A stretch of 32,000 bases of DNA from Nostoc sp. PCC 7120 = FACHB-418 (GTDB taxonomy: Bacteria; Cyanobacteriota; Cyanobacteriia; Cyanobacteriales; Nostocaceae): the NCBI RefSeq assembly GCF_000009705.1, contig NC_003272.1:4980001-5012000 (forward strand). Direction: 5' to 3'. The stretch's first letter is position 1; every line of letters begins with the position of its first letter. This document shows positions 1 through 8,396 of this stretch, one piece after another. A model generated the notes under the pieces. The model had not been told where the DNA came from and made no database searches. It saw only the letters and a list, made by a program, of their open reading frames with translations. A program made the translations under genes and the position numbers.

Positions 1-457
1 GTGCAGTACCAAAAGCATCGTTTACGTAGAAATCAGCATTAGCCGCTAATTTTTTAGCAAATTCAGGATCGTTTTTCTCTTCTTCTTTATAAAAACGGAC
101 GTTTTCTAATAAAAGAACTTGGCCATTTTGCAAAGTAGCCACCTTAGCCGCAACTTCATCACCAATTGAGTCATCGGTTTTGATAACTTCTTGTCCCAAC
201 AACTCAGATAGCCGCTTGGCTACTGGGGTAAGACGCAACTTCTCATCTACACCCTTGGGACGACCGAAATGGCTTGCTAGAATAACCTTAGCGCCCTTTT
301 GCGTCAAATCTTGGATGGTTGGCAGAGCCGCACGAATGCGAGTATCGTCTGTGATGTTGCCTTGATCGTCTAAAGGCACGTTAAAGTCAACACGCACTAA
401 AGCGCGTTTACCAGAGATATCAGCAGCAGATAAACTAGCCACAGTTTTTTTAGACAC
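1..457 (-). CDS. pgk: phosphoglycerate kinase, N-terminal part (gene continues past the left edge)
   Basis: My minus-strand translation from GTG at 455-457 gives (M)[68 protein letters not shown]..., a canonical Pgk N-terminus. AGGAGG lies about 8 nt upstream. It is absent from the ORF track because it runs off the window. Confidence 0.9.
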   Translation of the reverse strand, partial: MSKKTVASLSAADISGKRALVRVDFNVPLDDQGNITDDTRIRAALPTIQDLTQKGAKVILASHFGRPKGVDEKLRLTPVAKRLSELLGQEVIKTDDSIGDEVAAKVATLQNGQVLLLENVRFYKEEEKNDPEFAKKLAANADFYVNDAFGTA

Positions 458-546
458 AGCCAAACCCTCCTGATTGCCTTTTTGTTATTGTTTTGAAAGT
501 AGAACCATCAAGATTTTACCGGAGTCGGGGGTGCGGAGGTGCAGAG

Positions 547-954
547 ATGTTCAAGACAGTTCTATTTCCAATCGATCAAAGCCGAGAAGCAAGGGAAGCT
601 GCTGATGTTGTCACCAACGTCGTGCAGAAATATGGCAGTCGTTTAATACTGCTGTCTGTGGTAGAAGAATCTTCCCCAGACGAGTCTAGTGCTGATCCAA
701 TGGTGTCTCCCGAAGCCGTTGCCAAACTGCTCAGGGATGCCCAAGCTTTATTTTTGCAGCAAGGTATTCCATCAGAAATTGTGGAAAAACAAGGTAAACC
801 AGCCTTTACCATCTGCGATGTGGCGGACGAGATTGGTGCCGATTTAATTATCATGGGTTGCCGGGGACTAGGTTTAACCGAGGAAGGCGCTACCGATAGC
901 GTCACGACTCGCGTGATTAACCTTTCCCCTTGTCCGGTGCTAATTGTCCCTTAA
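547..954 (+). CDS. universal stress protein (UspA family)
   Basis: The ORF track 493..954 starts at a TTG. The first ATG (547) gives MFKTVLFPIDQSREAREAADV...LIIMGCRGLG...VINLSPCPVLIVP, the typical Usp fold signature. Confidence 0.8.
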   Translation: MFKTVLFPIDQSREAREAADVVTNVVQKYGSRLILLSVVEESSPDESSADPMVSPEAVAKLLRDAQALFLQQGIPSEIVEKQGKPAFTICDVADEIGADLIIMGCRGLGLTEEGATDSVTTRVINLSPCPVLIVP

Positions 955-965
955 ATCTTTATTTG

Positions 966-990
966 GGTGCGTTACATCCGTTGACGCACC
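966..990 (+). terminator. weak hairpin downstream of usp (GGTGCGT-N11-ACGCACC)
   Basis: 7-bp inverted repeat 12 nt after the usp stop with no strong U-run. It may equally be a dispersed Nostoc palindromic repeat. Confidence 0.3.
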
Positions 991-1057
991 ATCTAAATTG
1001 ATGAATGTAAAATTATAGATGTGGAAGACTCATTGATTCAGTTAGAGTTGACAAAAC

Positions 1058-1351
1058 ATGGTAGCAATAGTTGATATTGGAACCCTAATTGTGAAAACAC
1101 CTCAAGTTGCTGGAGGTCGTCCTTGCATTGCTGGTACGCGGATGACAGTTCAAAATATTGTGATGGATTCTCAAGCAGACTTATCTCCTCAAGATATTGT
1201 GACAGAATATCCACATTTATCTCTAGCGCAAGTTTATGCGGCACTTGCTTATTACTATGCTAATCAGGAAGCAATGGATAGAGAAATTGCTTTATATCAA
1301 GCAGAATGTAATGTGCTGGAAACGAAGTGGATGTCAGGTAATTTTGCATGA
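1058..1351 (+). CDS. DUF433 family protein (antitoxin-like partner of the DUF5615 PIN-like protein)
   Basis: The sequence ...VAGGRPCIAGTRMTVQNIV...SPQDIVTEYPHLSLAQVYAALAYY... is the DUF433 signature. Its stop overlaps the next start by 4 nt (ATGA). Confidence 0.75.
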   Translation: MVAIVDIGTLIVKTPQVAGGRPCIAGTRMTVQNIVMDSQADLSPQDIVTEYPHLSLAQVYAALAYYYANQEAMDREIALYQAECNVLETKWMSGNFA

Positions 1352-1719
1352 GCCAAATTTGTTTTTATTTAGATGAAGATGCTGGCAAAAAATCTTTAAC
1401 TAATGGTTTACGCAATGCAGGGATTGATGTAATGACAACGGCTGAAGCAGATAGATTAGGCTCATCTGATGATAACCAACTAATCTGGGCAACGGAACAG
1501 AAACGAGTTATTTATAGTTTCAATGTTGGTGATTTTTGTCGATTGCATAAAGCTTATCTCGAACAGCAACAAGAGCATTCGGGTATTGTACTTGCTGCGG
1601 AGCAGAGCTATGCAATTGGAGAACAGTTGCGAGGCTTATTGAAGTTAGTAGAAAGTTTAGAAGCCGAGAATATGGCAAATCAATTAGTGTTTCTGAAAAA
1701 ATACATTGATAATTTTTAA
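1348..1719 (+). CDS. DUF5615 family PIN-like (Mut7-C-like) putative toxin
   Basis: N-terminus ICFYLDEDAGKKSL...GIDVMT...SDDNQLIWA is typical of DUF5615. It is translationally coupled to the DUF433 gene. Confidence 0.7.
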   Translation: MSQICFYLDEDAGKKSLTNGLRNAGIDVMTTAEADRLGSSDDNQLIWATEQKRVIYSFNVGDFCRLHKAYLEQQQEHSGIVLAAEQSYAIGEQLRGLLKLVESLEAENMANQLVFLKKYIDNF

Positions 1720-1729
1720 CCTGCGATCG

Positions 1730-1828
1730 CTTTCTGTAATCATATCTGCTAAATTGCGATCGCTTCCCACTAATAACCTTTCATGTGATTTGTGGCGATC
1801 GCGATCGAACTATCTTTGCATAACCTTT
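1730..1828. repeat. direct repeat R1, copy 1 (partner at 2751-2848)
   Basis: Hand alignment to 2751-2848 gives about 10 mismatches in 96 positions, same orientation. It contains two HIP1 sites. Confidence 0.85.
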
Positions 1829-1888
1829 ACACTCAGTAACCTGAAAAGTCTTAACTCTTACCAATAACTTTTATAAGCGCAGTATAGT

Positions 1889-2275
1889 TCACCATAATAT
1901 TTGCACAGGATAACCCTCAAACACACTGTCTTTAGTAACTATAGGTATGCTCTCCACCAAAGATTGAGAAATCATCAGCCTATCAAAAGGATCTTTATGG
2001 TAAAAAGGCAGCTTTGCTAACTCATCTAAATGTGCTGGCTGTATTTCAAGCAATTCAATCGCATTACCATAAACCTGTTGTTTAACCAACTCAGTAAAGG
2101 TCATATCCAGTTCTAGCTTGCCAATACTGACTTTGATAGATATTTCCCAAAGACTTGCAATGCTTAAAAATCTTTGATTTTGCTGATCTTCAATGAGGCT
2201 TTTTGCTGTATCACTGAGATTTAAACTACCTTCAATAAACCACAAAAACGTATGGGTGTCGAGCATGAGCCTCAT
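1889..2275 (-). CDS. vapC: type II toxin VapC (PIN domain)
   Basis: MRLMLDTHTFLWFIEGS...LSIASLWEISIKVSIGKL...HKDPFDRLMISQS... shows the PIN acidic residues and VapC layout. There is a 4-nt overlap with the upstream antitoxin. Confidence 0.85.
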   Translation of the reverse strand: MRLMLDTHTFLWFIEGSLNLSDTAKSLIEDQQNQRFLSIASLWEISIKVSIGKLELDMTFTELVKQQVYGNAIELLEIQPAHLDELAKLPFYHKDPFDRLMISQSLVESIPIVTKDSVFEGYPVQILW

Positions 2276-2499
2276 GGAGCATATTCCTCAAAATCTGCCA
2301 ATGGCTCATCAAAATCATCTGAAATTTTCACTAAACCCTTAGCACTACCGAACTTTGGATATGCTTTCACTTCTCCAATCGGCACAATTTTAAACGATGC
2401 CCCATCACTGCGTGTGATAATGACTTCTTGTCCACTAGCCACTTCTTCAATTAGTTCTGCTAGGCGAGTCTCAGCTTCTTTTAAATTAATTTGGTGCAT
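2272..2499 (-). CDS. Phd/YefM-type antitoxin of VapC
   Basis: 75 aa, MHQINLKEAETRLAELIEEVASGQEVIITR..., with an acidic C-terminal tail (DDFDEPLADFEEYAP). ATGA overlap with vapC. Confidence 0.75.
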   Translation of the reverse strand: MHQINLKEAETRLAELIEEVASGQEVIITRSDGASFKIVPIGEVKAYPKFGSAKGLVKISDDFDEPLADFEEYAP

Positions 2500-2750
2500 T
2501 GATAGTCTTTCCCAAAACCTAATGTTTTGAATATAACTTTTTCTTCAGTTTTAGTTTTAGCTACCTTTTAATCTTGAGTATACTTTGAAATCCTAATTAG
2601 TTTTGAGCGATCGCTCTCATCTTTGAGACTGACTTCTTTGAGCGATCGCTAATCTTAATAGCTTGATTTACTATCATTCACACAAAAGAAACTTCACTAA
2701 ACGTCTTATAACCCTACCAAAAACTGTTATTCTATTGCTGCACAGGATAA

Positions 2751-2848
2751 CTTTCTGTAATGATATCTGCTAAATAGCGATCGCTTCCCACTAATAACCT
2801 TTCGTGTGAGTTGTGGCGATCGCCATCAAACTACCTTTGAGTAACTTC
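2751..2848. repeat. direct repeat R1, copy 2; extends 18 nt into the 3' end of brnA
   Basis: See R1 copy 1. Positions 2831-2848 are the last codons plus stop of brnA. Confidence 0.85.
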
Positions 2849-3115
2849 ACTAAGGGCTTCATGGATAACCTCATCGCTAACACCATGACGCTTCAAGCTA
2901 CTAATCAGTGCTGAGACTGTATCATCCTCTAGTCTTTCCAAATCAACTCTTAGCCCTTGCCCAATGTAAGCACGAACTAGTGGCTGATAGCCAGAAAACC
3001 CCAGCAATGGTGCTATGCGCTTCAAATCTTCAATGACATCTTCGGGAATGCGAATTGTGATTGTCGTCATTGGACGATTTTTATCGAGTCGCCTTTTTAA
3101 TGCGTCAGCTTTCAT
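2831..3115 (-). CDS. brnA: BrnA-type antitoxin (ribbon-helix-helix/CopG-like)
   Basis: It lies downstream of brnT and overlaps it by 11 nt. TITIRIPEDVIEDLKRIA... is an RHH-like strand-helix. An alternative start at Met16 (3070) is possible. Confidence 0.7.
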   Translation of the reverse strand: MKADALKRRLDKNRPMTTITIRIPEDVIEDLKRIAPLLGFSGYQPLVRAYIGQGLRVDLERLEDDTVSALISSLKRHGVSDEVIHEALSEVTQR

Positions 3116-3401
3116 AATATTCTCGCTCCTTGCGTGTCGCTTTACGAGCAGAAATGATCCGAATCATGTCGTTTTCACGTTCAATGTAGACGACATACAG
3201 AAGATGCCAACGTCTGTCTAAGCCAATTACAGCATCTCTTTCCTCATTATTGCGACTTGCGTCAACAACAACTAAAAACGGATCGAAAAATGCCTCTGCG
3301 GCTTGATGAAATGTCACGCCATCATGATTGCTGGGATTTATCCAGGCCTTCTCCTCGTTCCAAACAAAGGTGACACCATTAAGCACGAAATACACGTCCA
3401 T
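3105..3401 (-). CDS. brnT: BrnT toxin (DUF497)
   Basis: FVWNEEKAWINPSNHDGVTFHQAAEAFFDPF...RIISARKATRKEREYY is the characteristic BrnT/DUF497 pattern. Confidence 0.85.
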   Translation of the reverse strand: MDVYFVLNGVTFVWNEEKAWINPSNHDGVTFHQAAEAFFDPFLVVVDASRNNEERDAVIGLDRRWHLLYVVYIERENDMIRIISARKATRKEREYYES

Positions 3402-3408
3402 ACCTTAC

Positions 3409-3438
3409 ATGGTAGACAAAGTGTATTTACATCGTCAA
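3409..3438 (-). promoter_or_regulatory. candidate brnTA promoter (minus strand TTGACG-N18-TACCAT) with a short inverted repeat TGTATT/AATACA around the -35
   Basis: Read by eye from the reverse complement of 3402-3452. The -10 ends 7 nt before the ATG, which implies a near-leaderless mRNA. No experimental support. Confidence 0.25.
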
Positions 3439-3454
3439 TACATTTTTGGTGTTA

Positions 3455-3533
3455 AGCATGAGCCTCATTGATCGTATTTCTCAAAATCTGCCAAACGCTC
3501 ATCAAAATTATCTGAAATTTTCACTAAACCCCT
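3455..3533 (-). pseudogene. fragment of a second phd-vapC module (last 21 antitoxin codons, ATGA junction, first 5 vapC codons)
   Basis: It aligns to 2262-2340 with 7 mismatches in 79 nt (hand count). The minus-strand reading is GLVKISDNFDERLADFEKYDQ* followed by MRLML. An in-frame TAG lies just upstream of the fragment. Confidence 0.75.
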
Positions 3534-3552
3534 AAGCTGCTATATGGCTAAA

Positions 3553-4269
3553 TCATTCTGGATTTTCTGAATATTTGTCACTTACTTCTTCTTTCTTAGC
3601 CCATTTTTCTTTCAAGCGTTTAAGTTGCTGTTGTGCTTTATTTGCTAAGTATGGCGCACTGTAGACATATTCCAAAATTGCTCTGCACAGATCATCTAGT
3701 ATTGGAATTTCTTCTTTAGTTAATTCCCCCAGAGAAGCATGAGCGCCAACATTTCGTAAATGTCGAAGTTGATCGGCGACTCCTACTAATTTGCCTGGAA
3801 TTTCACCTTTTGCAGCTAGATCATTCAGCTTATTGTATAAATCCTTTCCTGTAGCTTTACGATCTGCACACACCATCTCTAGTATACGTCCTAACAGAAC
3901 TGCATAAGCATTAGCATCGATGACACGAACCTTAAGCGATATTTCATATGCGTTTTGAATTTGATAAGGTAGACCAGATAACTTCGATCTAGCTAATGGG
4001 TAAAGGGTATCAACCGTGATTTCTTCTGGATCTATATAATCAGCATCAAAATACTTCCATAGCGTTACTCCTTTACAGGCTAGGCATAATAACAATTCAT
4101 ACTTGTACCCTTCATCTGGCTGATAAGAATAATAATACTCGTCTTCTGGAGAGTCATAGGTAGAAGGTTTTAGAGAATGGTAATATTCAGCCACAATATC
4201 CATTGGAGAATGGTTTCCACAATGATTACACGTTATAAACCCTGTAGTTTGTCGCTTTGGATTGGTCAT
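3553..4269 (-). CDS. zinc-ribbon (CxxC...CxxC) N-terminal module fused to a DUF4145 domain
   Basis: The N-terminal 95 aa contain CNHC (14-17) and CLAC (62-65). The C-terminal half, ...NAYAVLLGRILEMVCADR...LRHLRNVGAHAS...LDDLCRAILEYVY, looks like DUF4145 helices. The family assignment is from memory of the motif. Confidence 0.6.
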   Translation of the reverse strand: MTNPKRQTTGFITCNHCGNHSPMDIVAEYYHSLKPSTYDSPEDEYYYSYQPDEGYKYELLLCLACKGVTLWKYFDADYIDPEEITVDTLYPLARSKLSGLPYQIQNAYEISLKVRVIDANAYAVLLGRILEMVCADRKATGKDLYNKLNDLAAKGEIPGKLVGVADQLRHLRNVGAHASLGELTKEEIPILDDLCRAILEYVYSAPYLANKAQQQLKRLKEKWAKKEEVSDKYSENPE

Positions 4270-4420
4270 GAATCTACCTTCAGTTCCTCATAACACTTTG
4301 CCAGTACACAGCATACTTTATTGAAAAAATAAATGTCATAAGCTATATCTGACATTCTTGTTCCAGAATTTATAACCTATGTACAAGGTAGTTCATTCTA
4401 TACATAATGCAAGATAAATA

Positions 4421-4452
4421 AAAAATAAAAAGCCCGCATTAGCGGGCTTTTT
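4421..4452 (-). terminator. rho-independent terminator of typA (AGCCCGC-ATTA-GCGGGCT)
   Basis: Perfect 7-bp GC-rich stem. On the minus strand it is followed by TTTTTATTTTTT, and it lies 29 nt after the typA stop. A/T runs on both sides could make it bidirectional. Confidence 0.8.
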
Positions 4453-4480
4453 AAATTAATTAATTAAACGATCGCTTTAC

Positions 4481-6271
4481 TTATCGTTTTGCCAATTTCT
4501 TCGACATCTTCCGTAGACGGATTGATTGGGGTGTAACTTCCACTAACTCATCGGGGCCGATGTACTCTAATGCACGCTCTAAACTCATGTCGATTGGTGC
4601 TTGCAACTGAACCAATTCATCACCACCAGCAGCACGGTGGTTAGTTAACTGCTTGGTTTTGCAGACATTCAATTCTAAGTCTTGAGGGCGATTGTGTTCA
4701 CCGACAATCATGCCTCGGTAAACTTTAGTACCGGGAGTAATGAAGAATGAGCCTCTATCTTCAGCGTTCTTCATGGCGTAGAAAGTAGAAACGCCTTCTT
4801 CAAAGGAGATGAGAACGCCTTTGTTACGGGCTTCAATATCACCACTGAGTTGACGGTAATCTAAGAAGCTGTGATTCATGATGCCTTCACCACGGGTCAT
4901 CCGCATGAATTCACCACGGAAACCAATCAAACCACGGGCGGGAATGACAAACTCTAGCTGGGTGCGATCGCCACTTCCAGGCTGCATATCTTGCATTTCG
5001 CCTTTGCGTTGTCCTAGACGTTCGATACAGCTACCGACAGAATCAGCAGGAACGTCTAACACCAACAATTCATAAGGTTCGCAAGGTTGACCGTTGATTT
5101 CGCGGTAAATTACTTGTGGCTGAGATACTTGGAACTCAAAACCTTCGCGGCGCATGGTTTCGATTAAGATACCCAGGTGCAGTTCTCCACGACCGGAAAC
5201 TAGGAATTTGTCGGGGGAGTCGGTTTCTTCAACGCGTAAAGCAACGTTGGTTTCTAGTTCGCGGAATAGGCGATCGCGTACTTGTCTGGATGTCACCAAT
5301 TTACCTTCTTGACCAGCAAAGGGTGAATCGTTTACCCAGAAGGTCATCTGTAAGGTAGGCTCATCCACTTTAATTAGTGGTAAAGCTTGGGGTTCGGTTG
5401 GATCAGTAATTGTTTCACCGATGTAAGCATCAGCAAAACCAGCCACCGCAACAATATAACCTGCGGTTGCTTCTTCCATCTCTACCCGCTTCAGCCCTTC
5501 AAATCCCATCAACTTGGTGATTTTTCCCTTGACAATAGAGCCACTTTCTGTAACCAGAGCCGCTTGCTGACCAGCGCGGATAGTACCATTGTGGATTCTG
5601 CCAATGACAATCCGTCCCAAATATTCAGAATAATCTAGGGTTGTGACTTGCAATTGTAGGGGCTTGTTGATGTCGCCTACTGGTGGTGGAACGTGTTGCA
5701 GAATCGCATTAAACAGGGGCTGCATATCTACCGCCTCTGCTTCCATGCTTTCCTTGGCATAACCGCCCATACCGGAAGCAAACAGGTAGGTAAAATCACA
5801 CTGGTCTTCGTCTGCACCTAATTCTAAGAACAGATCCAACACCTTATCCACAGCAACGTGGGGGTCGGCTTTAGCGCGGTCAATCTTATTGATGACAACG
5901 ATGGGGCGCAAGCCTTTTTCTAAAGCTTTTTTCAACACAAACCGTGTTTGAGGCATGGGGCCTTCATTGGCATCAACAATCAGCAGACATCCGTCAACCA
6001 TGCCGAGTACCCGTTCCACTTCACCACCAAAATCGGCGTGTCCAGGGGTATCAACAATATTGATTAGTGTTTCTTTGTAACGAACAGCTGTATTTTTCGA
6101 CAGAATAGTAATACCCCGTTCTCGCTCTAAAGCGTTGGAGTCCATAACGCAATCCGGAACGTCTTCGCCTTCGCGGAAAATGCCGGATTGTTTGAGGAGT
6201 GCATCAACCAGGGTGGTTTTGCCGTGGTCAACGTGGGCGATGATGGCGACGTTACGAATTGGGAGCGTCAT
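4481..6271 (-). CDS. typA: translational GTPase TypA/BipA
   Basis: 596 aa with [20 protein letters not shown] and NKID motifs and the BipA-specific C-terminal domain. Confidence 0.95.
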   Translation of the reverse strand: MTLPIRNVAIIAHVDHGKTTLVDALLKQSGIFREGEDVPDCVMDSNALERERGITILSKNTAVRYKETLINIVDTPGHADFGGEVERVLGMVDGCLLIVDANEGPMPQTRFVLKKALEKGLRPIVVINKIDRAKADPHVAVDKVLDLFLELGADEDQCDFTYLFASGMGGYAKESMEAEAVDMQPLFNAILQHVPPPVGDINKPLQLQVTTLDYSEYLGRIVIGRIHNGTIRAGQQAALVTESGSIVKGKITKLMGFEGLKRVEMEEATAGYIVAVAGFADAYIGETITDPTEPQALPLIKVDEPTLQMTFWVNDSPFAGQEGKLVTSRQVRDRLFRELETNVALRVEETDSPDKFLVSGRGELHLGILIETMRREGFEFQVSQPQVIYREINGQPCEPYELLVLDVPADSVGSCIERLGQRKGEMQDMQPGSGDRTQLEFVIPARGLIGFRGEFMRMTRGEGIMNHSFLDYRQLSGDIEARNKGVLISFEEGVSTFYAMKNAEDRGSFFITPGTKVYRGMIVGEHNRPQDLELNVCKTKQLTNHRAAGGDELVQLQAPIDMSLERALEYIGPDELVEVTPQSIRLRKMSKKLAKR

Positions 6272-6551
6272 AGAGGCTTTTAGCTAAGGGGAATTTTACA
6301 ATTTACATTTAGGTCTAGGCTGTTTTAACAGAATTGGGGATGATCTGCGAATTCTGTAAAGAAGCTTTAATAATTCTAGCGTAATTGTCACAATTCTAGA
6401 GGCTTTCCTAAATGTGGAGCGATGGAAAAATAAGGAAGTTTGCTGAACTCAGTGGATTTTGAGTTTACACAAAATAAATAGTCAATACTTCTCAGGACAT
6501 TTATGTAATAACAGTGCCAAACTTGACACTAATTTTATTGGCTTGTAAACA

Positions 6552-7664
6552 ATGGCTTGGGTTTCAGGGCAGCAATTGCAAGGTACTAAGTATACTCTTG
6601 AACAAGAATTAGGCGAAGGCGGATTTGGTATAACTTATCTTGCTAAAGATAATTATGGGCGCTCGGTTGTTATCAAAACTCTGAATGATCAAGTACAACG
6701 CCATTCTGATTTTGCCAAGTTTCAGCAAGATTTTTTGAATGAAGCTATCAAATTAGCTAAATGTAGTCATCCCCACATTGTCCAAATCTATGAGGTTATT
6801 AATGAGGATTCCTTGTGGTGCATTGTGATGGAATATATTGATGGCGAAAATTTAGGCAGTCGGGTTGAGAATCAAGGTGTTTTACAAGAAGCCGAAGCGT
6901 TGCGTTACATTCAGCAGATTGGTGAAGCGCTAACAGTAGTTCATAACAATGGATTGCTGCATCGGGATATCAAGCCACAAAATATTATGCTGCGTTCTGG
7001 TAAATCAGAAGCTGTTTTAATCGACTTTGGCATTGCACGGGAATTTTCTCAAAATTTAACTCAAACTCATACCCAAATGCTGGCTGATGGTTTTGCACCA
7101 ATTGAGCAATATGACAAGAGAGCAAAACGAGGTGCTTACACAGATGTTTATGCCTTGGCAGCAACATTATATTCGTTACTAACAGGTAAAGTTCCTATAA
7201 TGGCTCCACTCAGAGCTATTGGTACATCATTGGAAGAACCAAAAAATATTAATTCTGGTATTAGTGATTGGGTAAATCAAGCTATTCTCACAGGAATGGA
7301 AATAAAACCAGAGAATCGTCCTCAGTCAATAGAGGAGTGGATAAACTTTTTTGAAGTGTTACCAAAAAAATATAAATCTAGATCATCAATAATAAGTAAG
7401 TCAATAAGTAAGTCTGTCATCAAAATTTTAAATGGCGTACCTGGAATGACTATAGCTCATCATCGGGACTTTGAAAAAGCTATTCCAATTTTTACGCTGA
7501 ACGACGGAAGTGTAGTTAAAACTTACAAGAATCCAGTTGGTGTAGATCACGTATTTTTAGCTAATAAGCAGGGAAAAATGATTTTTGGTGGTTTTGTTGG
7601 ATGGATTCATTCTAAGGGATTAAAGGCAACTATCAAGAAAATAAAAAAAAGTTTCAGTTGCTAA
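6552..7664 (+). CDS. Hanks-type Ser/Thr protein kinase with a roughly 100-aa uncharacterised C-terminal extension
   Basis: GEGGFGITYLA...VVIK (P-loop and Lys), HRDIKPQN, DFG and APE-like (APIEQ) motifs. The C-terminal part (GGFVGWIHSKGLK) is faintly SH3b-like. Confidence 0.85.
   Translation: MAWVSGQQLQGTKYTLEQELGEGGFGITYLAKDNYGRSVVIKTLNDQVQRHSDFAKFQQDFLNEAIKLAKCSHPHIVQIYEVINEDSLWCIVMEYIDGENLGSRVENQGVLQEAEALRYIQQIGEALTVVHNNGLLHRDIKPQNIMLRSGKSEAVLIDFGIAREFSQNLTQTHTQMLADGFAPIEQYDKRAKRGAYTDVYALAATLYSLLTGKVPIMAPLRAIGTSLEEPKNINSGISDWVNQAILTGMEIKPENRPQSIEEWINFFEVLPKKYKSRSSIISKSISKSVIKILNGVPGMTIAHHRDFEKAIPIFTLNDGSVVKTYKNPVGVDHVFLANKQGKMIFGGFVGWIHSKGLKATIKKIKKSFSC
7391..7414 (+). repeat. perfect 12-bp tandem duplication (AATAAGTAAGTC x2) inside the kinase linker
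   Basis: Read directly from the sequence. It encodes ISKSISKS, in frame. Confidence 0.9.
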
Positions 7665-7812
7665 TGACGAGAGTTTTTACTACTTATGATTTATTGATAT
7701 TTGAGGTTTGTTTGATTTTGATATAAAGACTACTAAAAAAGCGATCCCCTCTACTATAAAATGAAATCATGGAGTAAAACCGCGAGAATTTCAATATTAG
7801 ATTAATCTTTAA

Positions 7813-8382
7813 TTATTTAACTTTCAACCAACTAAAAATATCTGCCGCTTTTATCTGCCAATTTTCTAACACATCAAGGACAGGTAAAATATCATTATCA
7901 TACTTTACTTCTGGTAGTTTATCTGGTTGAAATACCATCACAGATTTATCATTAGCATCAATAAACCAACCTAATTTAGTTCCTTGGTTAATACAAAAAA
8001 TAATCTTATTAATTACTCGGTTAGGCGATTGATCAGGTGATAAAATCTCAATAATCCAATCTGGGTAACTTTCAAACCTATTGGCAATCTCTCCATCTGC
8101 ATCAGTTGGGATACGTGACCACTCAAATACAGCGACATCGGGAACTAAGGAACGCCCCTCAAATGTGCAGCGTAACTCGGTTAATGCTAAAGCTTTTTTC
8201 TGAGGTTCACCTACCTGATTAATATTGCTTGATAAACGAGTTTGAAGAATACTATGTTTTCCTTGGGGCATTGGTTTTTGATAGATGCGTCCATCGATAT
8301 ATTCACTAGCTGGTTTGGTTTCTGGTAATTTGAGAAACTCATCCAAAGACGGGTGAAAAAATACTTGAGTTGATAGCGTCAT
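7813..8382 (-). CDS. Uma2 family (DUF820) PD-(D/E)xK endonuclease
   Basis: PDVAVFEW...PDWIIEILSPDQS...GTKLGWFID motifs. The track start (8388) is a TTG; the first ATG is at 8382. Confidence 0.8.
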   Translation of the reverse strand: MTLSTQVFFHPSLDEFLKLPETKPASEYIDGRIYQKPMPQGKHSILQTRLSSNINQVGEPQKKALALTELRCTFEGRSLVPDVAVFEWSRIPTDADGEIANRFESYPDWIIEILSPDQSPNRVINKIIFCINQGTKLGWFIDANDKSVMVFQPDKLPEVKYDNDILPVLDVLENWQIKAADIFSWLKVK

Positions 8383-8396
8383 CAGCAATAATTTCC

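Noticed and set aside
180-905. Track ORFs 180..365 (+) and 576..905 (-)
   Set aside because: They are antisense shadows of pgk and usp respectively. The sense-strand proteins have unmistakable family signatures.
1810-1840. Calling a brnA pseudogene downstream of the intact vapC
   Set aside because: Only about 6 terminal codons plus the stop are similar (…VMQR* vs …VTQR*). This is better described as part of repeat R1 than as a pseudogene feature, so it is reported only within the recombination-scar finding.
4878-5638. Three plus-strand ORFs (4878..5075, 5116..5358, 5387..5638)
   Set aside because: All are antisense within typA, with alternative start codons and Arg/Ser-rich junk-like products.
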